Shown in pieces: positions 9,244-19,494 of a stretch of 64,000 nucleotides of DNA. Location: assembly GCA_031261985.1 (NCBI GenBank), contig JAISIR010000001.1:72009-136008 (forward strand), in the 5' to 3' direction. The notes below the pieces were generated by a model. The model did no database searches. It was not told where the DNA came from and was given only the letters and a program-made list of their open reading frames with translations. This DNA is from Clostridiales bacterium. GTDB taxonomy: Bacteria; Bacillota; Clostridia; Monoglobales; WRBX01. Numbering within the stretch: the stretch's first letter is position 1; every line of letters starts with the position of its first letter. A program made the translations under genes and the position numbers.

Positions 9244-10752
9244 TTACGATATAGGTTTCATGGTTGGGAACAATAACACATCGCGGATTGAGGGGCTATC
9301 GGTTAACAACATTGCCAAACGGTCGACACCAAAGCCCATGCCGCCTGTTGGTGGCAATCCTATCTCTAGTGCTTCGATAAAGTCCTCGTCCATCATGTTG
9401 GCTTCGTCGTCACCTGCAGCGCGCGCCTTAACCTGCTCTAAAAAACGCTCTTTTTGGTCGATAGGGTCGTTTAGCTCCGAGAATGCGTTGGCGATTTCCC
9501 TCCTGGTGATAAACAGCTCAAAGCGTTCGGTTAAGCGAGGGTCGTCCTTCTTCTTTTTAGCAAGAGGCGATACTTCTATAGGGTAATCGATTACAAAAGT
9601 TGGTTGTAATAGCTCACTTTCTACTTTTTCCTCGAAAATCTCGTTTAACACGCTGCCCCAAGTTGCATTTTTAGGTACTTCTATATGTAACTCTTTAGCG
9701 GCGGCTTGTGCTTGTTCATCGGTAGTGATATTATTAAAATCTACCCCAGAATATTTTTTAACCGCGTCTATCATTGTGATTCGTTGCCAATTAGGAGTAA
9801 GGTCGATTTCTTCGCCCTGGTAAGTAATTTTTAACCCACCACATACCTTGTTTGCAACTGTTGTTATAAGGCTTTCGGTTAAGTCCATCATGCCTTTATA
9901 ATCGGTATATGCTTGGTATAATTCCACCGTGGTGAACTCGGGATTATGCTTAACGCTCATGCCCTCGTTGCGGAAGATTCTGCCTAACTCGTACACGCGC
10001 TCGAACCCACCAACTACAAGACGTTTAAGGTGAAGCTCGGTTGCGATGCGGAGGTACATGTCGATATCTAGCGTATTATGATGCGTTATAAATGGTCTTG
10101 CAGCAGCTCCGCCTGGGATGGTGTTAAGTATAGGCGTCTCGACCTCTAAAAACCCGAGACTATCGAGGAAGTTGCGTGTTTCAGTAATAATTTTGCTGCG
10201 TTTAATAAAAGTTTGTTTAATATCCGGGTTAACGATTAAATCTATATATCTTTTACGATAGCGAATATCAACATCGGTCAGGCCGTGGAACTTCTCGGGC
10301 AATGGCTGAAGTGATTTAGAAAGAATGGTTAGCTCGAAAGTTTTAATAGAAATTTCGCCTTTATGCGTTCTAAAAACCTCGCCATTTATACCTACGATAT
10401 CGCCGATATCGAGCTTTTTAACCTCGGCATATGTATCCTCGCCAACATCGTTTATGCTTATGTAAAGCTGGATTCTGCCACTGCCATCTAATAGGTCACA
10501 AAAGCTTGCTTTACCCATGCCACGTTTGCTCATGATTCTACCAGCTAGGCTTACCTTTTTACCCTCAAAATTGTCAAAATCGTCTATAATAGTTTGAGCG
10601 TGGTCGGTTGCATCAAAGGTTGTGATATCGAATGGATATTTATTGTTCTGTTTTAAATCGTCTAATTTTTGACGCCTTGCTTGTAGAATTTCACTTATAT
10701 TTTGGATATTTTCGGAATTATTTATATTTTCGTTGTGAGTATCGGAACTCAT
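9244..10752 (-). CDS. lysS: Lysine--tRNA ligase (class II)
   Basis: 502 aa with class II motifs ([15 protein letters not shown]). In the conserved greA-lysS arrangement. Confidence 0.95.
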   Translation of the reverse strand: MSSDTHNENINNSENIQNISEILQARRQKLDDLKQNNKYPFDITTFDATDHAQTIIDDFDNFEGKKVSLAGRIMSKRGMGKASFCDLLDGSGRIQLYISINDVGEDTYAEVKKLDIGDIVGINGEVFRTHKGEISIKTFELTILSKSLQPLPEKFHGLTDVDIRYRKRYIDLIVNPDIKQTFIKRSKIITETRNFLDSLGFLEVETPILNTIPGGAAARPFITHHNTLDIDMYLRIATELHLKRLVVGGFERVYELGRIFRNEGMSVKHNPEFTTVELYQAYTDYKGMMDLTESLITTVANKVCGGLKITYQGEEIDLTPNWQRITMIDAVKKYSGVDFNNITTDEQAQAAAKELHIEVPKNATWGSVLNEIFEEKVESELLQPTFVIDYPIEVSPLAKKKKDDPRLTERFELFITRREIANAFSELNDPIDQKERFLEQVKARAAGDDEANMMDEDFIEALEIGLPPTGGMGFGVDRLAMLLTDSPSIRDVLLFPTMKPIS

Positions 10753-10781
10753 GTAAGCACCCCGTGTTAATTAATAGTATT

Positions 10782-11255
10782 TTATTTATCGATAGAAAGA
10801 ATGGTAAATGTATTGATGCCGTCGGGTGTATCGATTTTAACCTTTTGCCCAACTTTATGACCAATTAGTGCGTTGCCAACAGGTGACTCGTCAGAAATTT
10901 TGAAGTTAAAAGGGTCTGCCTCGGTAGCGCCGACGATAAAGTACTCGACATCTTCGTTATATTTTTTATCGTGAACCTTAACCTTACATCCTACAGAAAC
11001 CACGTCAGTTTTAATCTCGTCATCGTTTACAATTTTAGCGTGTTTAATTATGTTTTCTATCTCGATTATTCGGGCTTCCATCTCTGCCTGTTCGTTTTTA
11101 GCGGCATCGTACTCGGCGTTCTCTGAAAGGTCGCCAAACGAGCGTGCTTCTTTAATTTTCTCGGCAATTTCTTTGCGACCGATAGTGATTAAATCGTTTA
11201 ATTCGTCTTCTAATTTTTTAAAACCGCTTTGAGTTACCGTCATCTCTTTAGCCAA
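10782..11255 (-). CDS. greA: Transcription elongation factor GreA (TTG start)
   Basis: 157 aa with SFGDLSENAEYDAAK in the coiled-coil finger. AAGGAG SD lies 9 nt before TTG. Confidence 0.95.
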   Translation of the reverse strand: MAKEMTVTQSGFKKLEDELNDLITIGRKEIAEKIKEARSFGDLSENAEYDAAKNEQAEMEARIIEIENIIKHAKIVNDDEIKTDVVSVGCKVKVHDKKYNEDVEYFIVGATEADPFNFKISDESPVGNALIGHKVGQKVKIDTPDGINTFTILSIDK

Positions 11256-11340
11256 AATTTACAGCTCCTTATTGTATATATCTTTATTCTAACATATTTT
11301 GAAATAAAAAGCAATAGTTTTTTTTAAGTTTTTTTCGTTT

Positions 11341-11363
11341 TTTGTTAAATTTGTGTTAAATTT
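11341..11363 (-). promoter_or_regulatory. TTAACA-N5-TTAACA upstream element, site b (greA)
   Basis: Plus strand reads TTTGTTAAATTTGTGTTAAATTT. Lies 26 nt upstream of the -35 of TTGCTT-17-TAGAAT (11286..11314). Confidence 0.5.
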
Positions 11364-11387
11364 CTAAAAATAGTACAAACTCTCGCT

Positions 11388-12563
11388 TTATCCTCTTATT
11401 ATTCTTTTAACTGCTTCTTTTACATTTTCCGCATCACCAAAAGCACTTAAGCGGAAGTATCCCTCGCCAGCGTCGCCAAAGCCTGCACCAGGAGTGCCTA
11501 CTACATTAGCATTATTAAGTAGGAAGTCAAAATATTCCCACGAGCTCATGTTGTTAGGGCATTTAAGCCAGATATAAGGTGAGTTCTCGCCACCGACGAA
11601 CCATATATTATTAGCGCGCAAGCCATCTGCGATTGTTTTTGCGTTGTTTAAGTAGTAGGCAATTTGCTCCTTAATTTGCGCCATACCTTCGTCGCTAAAC
11701 ACAGCCTCGGCACCGCGTTGAACAATGTACGAAACACCGTTAAACTTAGTGCTTTGGCGGCGCAACCACATTTTACGAAGCTCGTTACCATCTTTAACTA
11801 AATCGGTTGGAACAATTGTATACCCGCAACGAGTGCCGGTGAATCCTGCAGTTTTAGATAGCGAGCAGAACTCGATTGCACATTTTTTAGCACCCTCTAT
11901 TTGGTAGATGCTTGTAGGAAGCGTGGTATCGGTAACAAAAATTTCGTAAGCGCTATCGAACAAAATAACGGCGTCGTTTTTTAGTGCATAATCGACCCAA
12001 GTTTTAAGTTGAGCCTTAGTGTACACGCTACCAGTTGGGTTATTAGGCGAGCAAAGGTAAATAATATCTGCCTTTATGCTATCGTCTGGCATGGGTAAAA
12101 AGTTGTTTTCTTGTGTGCCTTTTATATAATTAATCTGGCGACCGTCCATTATGTTTGTATCGACATACACAGGGTAGACAGGGTCTGGGATTAAAACGAT
12201 ATTATCTTTATCAAATAGGTCTAGAATATTACCTACATCGCTTTTTGCGCCGTCGGATATAAAAACCTCGTCAGTGGTAAGCTCGACACCCTTTTTAGCA
12301 TAATAATTAGCAATTGCCTGACGTAAAAATAGGTAACCTTGCTCTTCGCCATAGCCTTTAAAGGTAGAGGCATCTGCCATATCGTCGACCGCTTTGTGCA
12401 TAGCAGATATAACGGCAGGGGCAAGTGGCAGGGTAACATCGCCTATGCCAAGGCGAATGATATTTTTATCGGGATTGTTTTGTTTATACTCGTTAACTTT
12501 TTTTGCAATGGTAGAGAATAAGTAGCTTTGTTCTAGGTTGTTGTAATTGTGGTTGATTTGCAT
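11388..12563 (-). CDS. dapL: LL-diaminopimelate aminotransferase (DapL-type class I aminotransferase)
   Basis: N-terminus INHNYNNLEQSYLFSTIAKKV..IRLGIGDVT matches the DapL pattern. PLP-lysine context is SLSKTAGFTG. Adjacent to the dapF module. Confidence 0.8.
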   Translation of the reverse strand: MQINHNYNNLEQSYLFSTIAKKVNEYKQNNPDKNIIRLGIGDVTLPLAPAVISAMHKAVDDMADASTFKGYGEEQGYLFLRQAIANYYAKKGVELTTDEVFISDGAKSDVGNILDLFDKDNIVLIPDPVYPVYVDTNIMDGRQINYIKGTQENNFLPMPDDSIKADIIYLCSPNNPTGSVYTKAQLKTWVDYALKNDAVILFDSAYEIFVTDTTLPTSIYQIEGAKKCAIEFCSLSKTAGFTGTRCGYTIVPTDLVKDGNELRKMWLRRQSTKFNGVSYIVQRGAEAVFSDEGMAQIKEQIAYYLNNAKTIADGLRANNIWFVGGENSPYIWLKCPNNMSSWEYFDFLLNNANVVGTPGAGFGDAGEGYFRLSAFGDAENVKEAVKRIIRG

Positions 12564-12599
12564 ATTTTAGGTACTCCTTTTTTATATTGGTTCTGTTGT

Positions 12600-13439
12600 T
12601 TATATCTCAAGCTCGCCATTATACACAACATTGGCATCGCCTGTCATAAACACTGTCTCGTCGGTATAATTAATTTTAAGATTGCCGCCTATTAATTTAA
12701 CGGTTATGTCCTCACCTTTATTGCAATGTCCATTTAGTACAGAAGCGACAGCCGCGGCACACGCACCTGTTCCACATGCAAAAGTCTCGCCGCTTCCACG
12801 CTCCCACACGCGCATTTTAATGGTCTTGCTATCTACCACTTGAACAAACTCGGTATTAACTTGCTCGGGGAATATCTCGTTATTTTCGAACTTAGGTCCT
12901 AAAGTAGCTAAATCTAACGCATCCACATTATTGCAGAATACAACGCAATGGGGGTTACCCATAGACACACATGTGATGTTATAATCGGCATCATCTATTT
13001 GAACTTGTCTATCAACAACGCTATCGCCGCTTAAGTCGACAGGGATATCGGCAGGGTTTAAAATTGCGCTACCCATATCTACCTTAACGGTGGTAACCTT
13101 TCCATTAGTTGTAGAAAGTTCCAATGTTTTAATGCCGCTTAGAGTGTCCACTTTAATAACGTCTTTTTTGATAATTTTGTTATCGTATAAATACTTACCA
13201 ACGCAGCGGATACCATTGCCGCACATTTTACCCTCGCTACCGTCTTGGTTAAAGATTCGCATTTTAGCGTCGGCGGTGTCTGATGGCATAATCAAAATTA
13301 TCCCGTCACTGCCGACTCCTTTTCGACGGTCAGAGAAATTAACAGCTAGTGACTCGGGGCTTTCTATTTGTTGGTCGAAGCAATTTATGTATATATAATC
13401 GTTGCCGCAACCGTGCATTTTAGTGAATTTAATTTTCAT
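12600..13439 (-). other. dapF: DapF module with retained internal SD and ATG (possible independent translation)
   Basis: On the minus strand ..AATATGAGGAGCAACATGATGAAAATT.. places AGGAG 4 nt before ATG 13442 and 7 nt before ATG 13439. The product would start MKIKFTKMHGCGNDY, a normal DapF N-terminus. Confidence 0.55.
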
Positions 13440-16400
13440 CATGTTGCTCCTCATATTATTAATATCTACAAGCTCTGTAGTTTTTTCGGTATACTTAGTC
13501 AATAAACTATCGGCAATTGCGCCGGCGGTGTCGATGCTTGTAAGGCAAGGGATTCCTAAAAATACCGATTTACGCCTTAGCTTTACATCGTCTAATGTCG
13601 GGTCGCGCCCCTTTGTAGATGTCGAAATAATATAGTTAACTTTGCCTGTGTCTAGTAGATTGTCCGAATTAAGCTCGGGGTTCTCGTGAATCTTATTTAT
13701 CAAAGTAATTTTTAAGCCAGATGCCTCTAGTACCTTTTTGGTACCCTCGGTAGCGAATAATCTAAAGCCCATTCGTGCAAACTTCCTAGCTATATCAACG
13801 GTTTCTAATTTGTCGGAATCACGAACTGTTATAAACACGCCACCACTGCGACGCAATTTATACCCTGCTGCAACCAAGCCTTTGTACAATGCTTCTTGTA
13901 AGTTTTTACCGATGCCTAGCACTTCGCCTGTCGATTTCATCTCGGGACCTAAATGAGTATCTACATTAACTAATTTTTCGAAAGAGAAAACCGGGATTTT
14001 AACAGCGGTGTATGGTGGGACCTTGGCGATTCCTTCTTGCTGCAATTTCTCGCCAAGCGATGTTCGTGTAGCTAAATCGCACATTGGCACACCTGTTACC
14101 TTGCTTATATATGGTACCGTCCTAGATGCACGCGGGTTAACCTCGATAACATAAATATCGTTATGGCTTATGATATATTGGATATTAATTAGCCCTTGAA
14201 CTTTAAGCTCAAGCGAAATTCGCTTAGTCATATCATAAATCCGCTCGGCAAGCTCGTCGTTTATATGAGGCGCAGGGTAGACGGCAATGCTATCACCGCT
14301 ATGTACTCCTGTACGCTCAACATGCTCCATAATGCCAGGGATAAGAACCTTTTCGCCGTCGCAGATGCTGTCGACTTCTATTTCTAGTCCGCTTAAATAT
14401 TTATCTATTAGAACGGGGTTCTCTTGCTTTTGTCTAAAGATAATCTCCATATATTCTTTGATATCATCGTCCGAGTAAGCGATTATCATGTTTTGCCCTC
14501 CAAGCACGTAGCTAGGGCGCATTAGCACAGGGTAGCCAAGGTTATGAGCAGAATCTAACGCCTCTTGCAGAGTAAAGACGGTATAGCCTTTTGGGCGCGC
14601 TATGTTTAACTTTTCTAAGAAGGCGTCAAAACGCTCTCTATCCTCGCAAATATCTATACTATCGGCAGATGTGCCTAAAATTTTAACGCCGCGTTTTTGA
14701 AGCTCGTTAGTAAGTTTAATTGCGGTGCCACCACCAAACGATACTATAACGCCTATCGGCTTTTCAATCTCGATAACGCCCATTACGTCATCAATTGTTA
14801 GCGGCTCGAAATATAGGCGGTCGGCGGTGTCAAAATCGGTTGAGACGGTCTCGGGGTTATTATTAATAACGACGGTTTCGTAACCCATTTGTTTTAACGT
14901 CCATACACAATGCACGCATGCGTAATCGAACTCGATACCTTGGCCGATTCGGATGGGTCCGCTGCCTAGTACTACAACCGTCGGCTTTTTATTTTTATCG
15001 ATAAACTCTAGTGCTTCGTTCTCTTCCGCATTATGAATCGAGTAAAAATAAGGGGTTTGAGCGGCAAATTCCGCGCTACATGTATCTACCATTTTATACA
15101 TGAATGGTTTAGGGGTAGAATCGTAAGCGCCTGTAACAATGTTATTTATTTTGTGTAAGAACCACTTATCTATTAAGGTTAGCTCGTGGATTTTATCGAC
15201 CGATACACCACGTTTAAGCAGCTGATACACCTCGAAAAGACGCTCGTCGGTTGGGTTTTGGATATTATTTAATAATTCCTCATCGGTCTTTTGCGCTATC
15301 TTGGGTAGGTCAAGCGATTTTGCACTAATCTCTGCCCCGCGAACCGCCTTAACAATGGCTAGTTCAAAGCTATCGGCAATAGACATAACCTCGCCCGTCG
15401 CTTTCATTTGCGTGCCAAGCTCTTTTTTAGCGTACACAAATTTATCGAAAGGCCATTTAGGGAACTTAACGGCAACATAATCGAGTGTAGGCTCAAAGGC
15501 GGCATAAGTGTTTCCTGTAACGTCGTTTTTAATCTCGTCTAAGTTATAGCCGATAGCAATTTTAGTTGCAACCTTGGCAATAGGGTAGCCAGTTGCTTTA
15601 GATGCTAAGGCAGACGAACGCGAAACGCGTGGGTTAACCTCGATAACTGCGTAATCGAACGAATTAGGGTTAAGGGCAAATTGGCAATTGCAACCGCCTT
15701 CTACTTTAAGCGCCTGGATAATATCTAACGCCGCGCTGCGCAACATTTGATACTCTTTATCGGCTAACGTAACAGCGGGAGCTATAACTATGCTATCGCC
15801 TGTGTGAATGCCTACAGGGTCGAAGTTTTCCATTGAGCAAACAGCAATAGCGTTGCCGGCTTTATCGCGCATTATCTCGAACTCAATCTCTTTCCATCCT
15901 GCAATAGATTGCTCTACCAAAATTTGGTTAATGGGCGACATTGCTATACCATTACTTGCTATATGCTTAAGCTCTGCCTCGGTTTTGGCGATTCCGCCAC
16001 CGCTGCCGCCTAGGGTAAATGCAGGGCGAACTATAATAGGATAGCCAATTTCTTCAGCAAAATCTAACGCATCATCTACATGCTCGGTAACAATAGAGGG
16101 GATAGTAGGTTGACCTATAGATGCCATTGTATTTTTAAACATCTGCCTATCTTCGGATTTATCGATAGTCTCGGGGTTAGAGCCAAGTAGGCGGATATTG
16201 TGCTTGTTAAGGAATCCCTCACGCGCTAGTTGCATGCAAAGGTTAAGACCCGTTTGACCGCCTAGTCCAGATAAAATGCTATCGGGGCGTTCTTTAATTA
16301 TAATTCGTTTTATAGTGTTAAGGGTAAGCGGCTCGATATAAATTTTATCTGCCATTGCATTATCGGTCATAATTGTTGCCGGGTTAGAGTTAGCAAGTAC

Positions 16401-16532
16401 AATCTCGATACCTGCGTCTTTTAACACGCGGCAGGCTTGAGTTCCTGCATAGTCGAACTCGGCGGCTTGACCTATAACAATTGGCCCGCTACCTATAACA
16501 AGTGTTTTTTTAATAGATGTATCTAGTGGCAT
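12600..16532 (-). CDS. carB: Carbamoyl-phosphate synthase large subunit fused in frame to diaminopimelate epimerase (CarB-DapF)
   Basis: 1310-aa ORF. Residues 1-~1030 hold two ATP-grasp halves plus an MGS-like domain of CarB. The last ~280 aa are DapF (KMHGCGNDY, MCGNGIRC, FACGTGA). No stop codon separates them. Confidence 0.85.
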   Translation of the reverse strand: MPLDTSIKKTLVIGSGPIVIGQAAEFDYAGTQACRVLKDAGIEIVLANSNPATIMTDNAMADKIYIEPLTLNTIKRIIIKERPDSILSGLGGQTGLNLCMQLAREGFLNKHNIRLLGSNPETIDKSEDRQMFKNTMASIGQPTIPSIVTEHVDDALDFAEEIGYPIIVRPAFTLGGSGGGIAKTEAELKHIASNGIAMSPINQILVEQSIAGWKEIEFEIMRDKAGNAIAVCSMENFDPVGIHTGDSIVIAPAVTLADKEYQMLRSAALDIIQALKVEGGCNCQFALNPNSFDYAVIEVNPRVSRSSALASKATGYPIAKVATKIAIGYNLDEIKNDVTGNTYAAFEPTLDYVAVKFPKWPFDKFVYAKKELGTQMKATGEVMSIADSFELAIVKAVRGAEISAKSLDLPKIAQKTDEELLNNIQNPTDERLFEVYQLLKRGVSVDKIHELTLIDKWFLHKINNIVTGAYDSTPKPFMYKMVDTCSAEFAAQTPYFYSIHNAEENEALEFIDKNKKPTVVVLGSGPIRIGQGIEFDYACVHCVWTLKQMGYETVVINNNPETVSTDFDTADRLYFEPLTIDDVMGVIEIEKPIGVIVSFGGGTAIKLTNELQKRGVKILGTSADSIDICEDRERFDAFLEKLNIARPKGYTVFTLQEALDSAHNLGYPVLMRPSYVLGGQNMIIAYSDDDIKEYMEIIFRQKQENPVLIDKYLSGLEIEVDSICDGEKVLIPGIMEHVERTGVHSGDSIAVYPAPHINDELAERIYDMTKRISLELKVQGLINIQYIISHNDIYVIEVNPRASRTVPYISKVTGVPMCDLATRTSLGEKLQQEGIAKVPPYTAVKIPVFSFEKLVNVDTHLGPEMKSTGEVLGIGKNLQEALYKGLVAAGYKLRRSGGVFITVRDSDKLETVDIARKFARMGFRLFATEGTKKVLEASGLKITLINKIHENPELNSDNLLDTGKVNYIISTSTKGRDPTLDDVKLRRKSVFLGIPCLTSIDTAGAIADSLLTKYTEKTTELVDINNMRSNMMKIKFTKMHGCGNDYIYINCFDQQIESPESLAVNFSDRRKGVGSDGIILIMPSDTADAKMRIFNQDGSEGKMCGNGIRCVGKYLYDNKIIKKDVIKVDTLSGIKTLELSTTNGKVTTVKVDMGSAILNPADIPVDLSGDSVVDRQVQIDDADYNITCVSMGNPHCVVFCNNVDALDLATLGPKFENNEIFPEQVNTEFVQVVDSKTIKMRVWERGSGETFACGTGACAAAVASVLNGHCNKGEDITVKLIGGNLKINYTDETVFMTGDANVVYNGELEI

Positions 16533-16571
16533 AAAAATTTTACCCCCATGAGTGAAATATTTGAAGAAAGG

Positions 16572-17711
16572 TTAATTTGATAGCTTATCAATAAACTTAT
16601 CAAACAAAAAGCTAGTATCCTTTGGGCCGCCGCAAGCTTCGGGATGGAATTGCACCGAAAATGCGTTAGCTGTTTTATACTCTAGCCCCTCGCTTGTTTT
16701 ATCGTTTACATTTATAAATATCTCGCGAGCACGCGATTCATCAATGGATGTCCTATCCACCGCGTAACCATGATTTTGGCTAGTAATATACACGCGTCCG
16801 TCGATTAAATCTTTAACTGGCTGATTACCACCACGATGCCCATATTTAAGCTTAATAGTTTTAAACCCGTTAGCAAGTGCCAGCAGCTGATGTCCTAGGC
16901 AAATGCCAAAAATTGGTACTTGAGCTTTTACGTCGCCATTATTGTGGCAATTTTGATTATGCTCTAATACTTTAGCAATATTCTTTATAATTTCCACATT
17001 TTCTGCCGGGTCGCCAGGACCGTTAGACAGCATAATTCCGTCTGGGTTAAGCAACATAATCTCGTCGAACGAGGTATCGCCAGGGAGAACTGTTACCTTA
17101 CACCCACGACGCATAAGCTCGCGTTTTATATTATCTTTTATACCAAAATCCATTAGCGCAACATGGAATCTCTCGGGGATTTCACCACCAAAGGCTTCGG
17201 TAGGGCTCTCGGTATATGCTTGTTTGGTAGTTACATTTTCGACCGCATTTTTTATAGTAAAGGCTTTTAGCTCGGCGATATCACGCTCTAAATTATCTAG
17301 CGAAGTAGTAATTTTGCCGTTCATAACGCCATTTTCGCGGACGATTTTAGTTAGCGCGCGAGTATCGATGCCATATAGCCCGACGATTCCTTTAGATATT
17401 AAAAAAGTGTTCAAATCGCCCTCACTTCTAAAATTAGAAGGGTCTTGACACCATTCTTTAACAATATATCCACATGGGCCTACAATATCTCCCTCAAAAT
17501 CAGAAGGGATAATTCCGTAATTGCCAATTAAAGGGAAGGTCTGAACGACTATCTGCCCATGATAACTTTTATCGGTTAACGTTTCGATATACCCTGTTAT
17601 ACCTGTTGCAAAAACGGTTTCGCCAATAGTTTCACCAATTTTGCCAAACGCTTTACCTTTAAATGTTTTGCCATTTTCTAGTATTAGGTACGCATCCATT
17701 TTAGTTATCAC
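16572..17711 (-). CDS. carA: Carbamoyl-phosphate synthase small (glutaminase) subunit
   Basis: GATase triad context GICLGHQ. GTG start at 17711; the homologous N-terminus MDAYLILENGKTF begins at ATG 17699. Confidence 0.9.
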   Translation of the reverse strand: MITKMDAYLILENGKTFKGKAFGKIGETIGETVFATGITGYIETLTDKSYHGQIVVQTFPLIGNYGIIPSDFEGDIVGPCGYIVKEWCQDPSNFRSEGDLNTFLISKGIVGLYGIDTRALTKIVRENGVMNGKITTSLDNLERDIAELKAFTIKNAVENVTTKQAYTESPTEAFGGEIPERFHVALMDFGIKDNIKRELMRRGCKVTVLPGDTSFDEIMLLNPDGIMLSNGPGDPAENVEIIKNIAKVLEHNQNCHNNGDVKAQVPIFGICLGHQLLALANGFKTIKLKYGHRGGNQPVKDLIDGRVYITSQNHGYAVDRTSIDESRAREIFINVNDKTSEGLEYKTANAFSVQFHPEACGGPKDTSFLFDKFIDKLSN

Positions 17712-17712
17712 A

Positions 17713-18087
17713 CTACCTTTCGTAAGTTTTTAGTACACTTTCTGCAACTGCGCGACGAGTTCTGCGCGTGTTCATTGCTTGTTTTTCGATATATTTATGC
17801 GCCTCGTCTTCGGTCATTTTAAGGTAAGATATCAAGACAAGCTTAGCACGGTCGATAATTCTAATATCCTCTATTTTTTGGTTAAGTTTAGTGTTTTCGT
17901 CTCGCGTTTTAAGTGTGTCATCTAGCATTCCTTCAAAACTTTGAGAATCTATTAAGCAAAAATCGATATCCTCGGAGTTAATGGTTTTGCTAACTTCGGC
18001 TATGCTTTTAACCTCTAACACCCTATCAAAATTTTTTGTATAGTTATATAGGTTTTCGGTTCGTTTAGACAGAACCACACAAGTCAT
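17713..18087 (-). CDS. ANTAR-domain RNA-binding protein (short, degenerate receiver-like N-terminus)
   Basis: C-terminal IIDRAKLVLISYLKMTEDEAHKYIEKQAMNTRRTRRAVAESVL fits the ANTAR three-helix pattern. 124 aa. Confidence 0.7.
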   Translation of the reverse strand: MTCVVLSKRTENLYNYTKNFDRVLEVKSIAEVSKTINSEDIDFCLIDSQSFEGMLDDTLKTRDENTKLNQKIEDIRIIDRAKLVLISYLKMTEDEAHKYIEKQAMNTRRTRRAVAESVLKTYER

Positions 18088-18111
18088 AACTTTGTCCCCT
18101 TTATAGATTTA

Positions 18112-19389
18112 TTATTCCATCTCTATAATTTGTTCCCGTTCGGCGCCAACTGATATATAGCCCATTGGCACGCCAACCGATTCTTCTATAAACTTAATAT
18201 ACTTTTGAGCGTTTATAGGAAGGTCGGAAAATTTGCGACAACCTGTAATATCTTCTTTGAAACCGTCCATATATTCAATAATAGGTTTGCTTTGCTCTTG
18301 CTCTTCAGAGGTTCCAAAAGTTGTAATGCGCTTGCCCTGATACTCGTAAGCAACACAAACGGGAATTTTATCCATGCCAGATAGCACGTCTAGCTTAGTT
18401 AGTGCAATAGTGGTTGCGCCTTGAACTTGTGCGCCATAACGCGATGCTACAACATCAAAACCGCCTACTCTGCGCGGACGGCCTGTTGCTGCGCCATACT
18501 CGCCGCCTGCTTCACGCAAGCTTTCCGCCTCGGCACCAAACATCTCGCACACAAAAGGCCCCTCGCCTACGCAGCTAGAGTATGCTTTCATAATACCGAT
18601 GGTAGAATCTAGCCTTAAATTAGGCACGCCGCTACCGGTTGTTGCGTAAGCTGCAATAGTTTGCGACGACGATGTGTAAGGGTAAATGCCGAAATCAAGG
18701 TCGCGCAAGGCACCAAGCTGAGCCTCGAACATTATATTTTTTCCGTTTTGGGCTGCATTATTCAAAAACTCGGTTGTATCTACAATAAAACTTTTAATTG
18801 GGTCGCCATATTTTTCAAGCCATGCCATGATATCTTTATAATCGATAGCTTCTGCCTTATAACCATTGGCAATAGTTAAGTTCTTCCACTCTACAATATT
18901 TTTAACCTTCTCGGTTAACATATCGATAGGTAAGAATAAGTCGCACATGCGGATAGATTTTTTCATGTATTTATCGGCGTAAACAGGGGCTATGCCTCGG
19001 CGTGTGCTGCCAAACTTTTTATCTGCCAAACGCTCTTCTTCTAAACAATCTTGCAATTTATGATAAGGCATGCAAATAACAGCCGATTTACTAATTTTTA
19101 GGTTGTTTGGCGTAACTTTAACGCCTTTTTCTTGCAAACGCGACATCTCGCCTGCTAAATGCTCGATATCCACAACCATGCCCCCGCCCATTACGTTAAC
19201 TGTGGTTTCGCGTAAAATTCCTGAAGGAAGCAGGTTTAAAATGAACTTGCCTTTATCGTTTATAACGGTATGCCCAGCGTTATTACCACCTTGATACCTA
19301 CATATAATATCGTAATTCTCGCTTAATAGGTCGACCATTCTGCCTTTTCCTTCGTCGCCCCAATTAGTACCCACTATTGCTGTTAACAT
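18112..19389 (-). CDS. purA: Adenylosuccinate synthetase
   Basis: N-terminal GTNWGDEGKGRMVD and GGNNAGHT P-loop motifs; 425 aa. Confidence 0.95.
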   Translation of the reverse strand: MLTAIVGTNWGDEGKGRMVDLLSENYDIICRYQGGNNAGHTVINDKGKFILNLLPSGILRETTVNVMGGGMVVDIEHLAGEMSRLQEKGVKVTPNNLKISKSAVICMPYHKLQDCLEEERLADKKFGSTRRGIAPVYADKYMKKSIRMCDLFLPIDMLTEKVKNIVEWKNLTIANGYKAEAIDYKDIMAWLEKYGDPIKSFIVDTTEFLNNAAQNGKNIMFEAQLGALRDLDFGIYPYTSSSQTIAAYATTGSGVPNLRLDSTIGIMKAYSSCVGEGPFVCEMFGAEAESLREAGGEYGAATGRPRRVGGFDVVASRYGAQVQGATTIALTKLDVLSGMDKIPVCVAYEYQGKRITTFGTSEEQEQSKPIIEYMDGFKEDITGCRKFSDLPINAQKYIKFIEESVGVPMGYISVGAEREQIIEME

Positions 19390-19494
19390 CTATACTACCC
19401 CTCTCGTGCTTCTAAAATTTGCTAAACCGCCAATTATAATTGGCTTTGTTTTGTTTTTCTGTTGTTTTTCTGTTGTTTTTCTATTTCTAAATTT

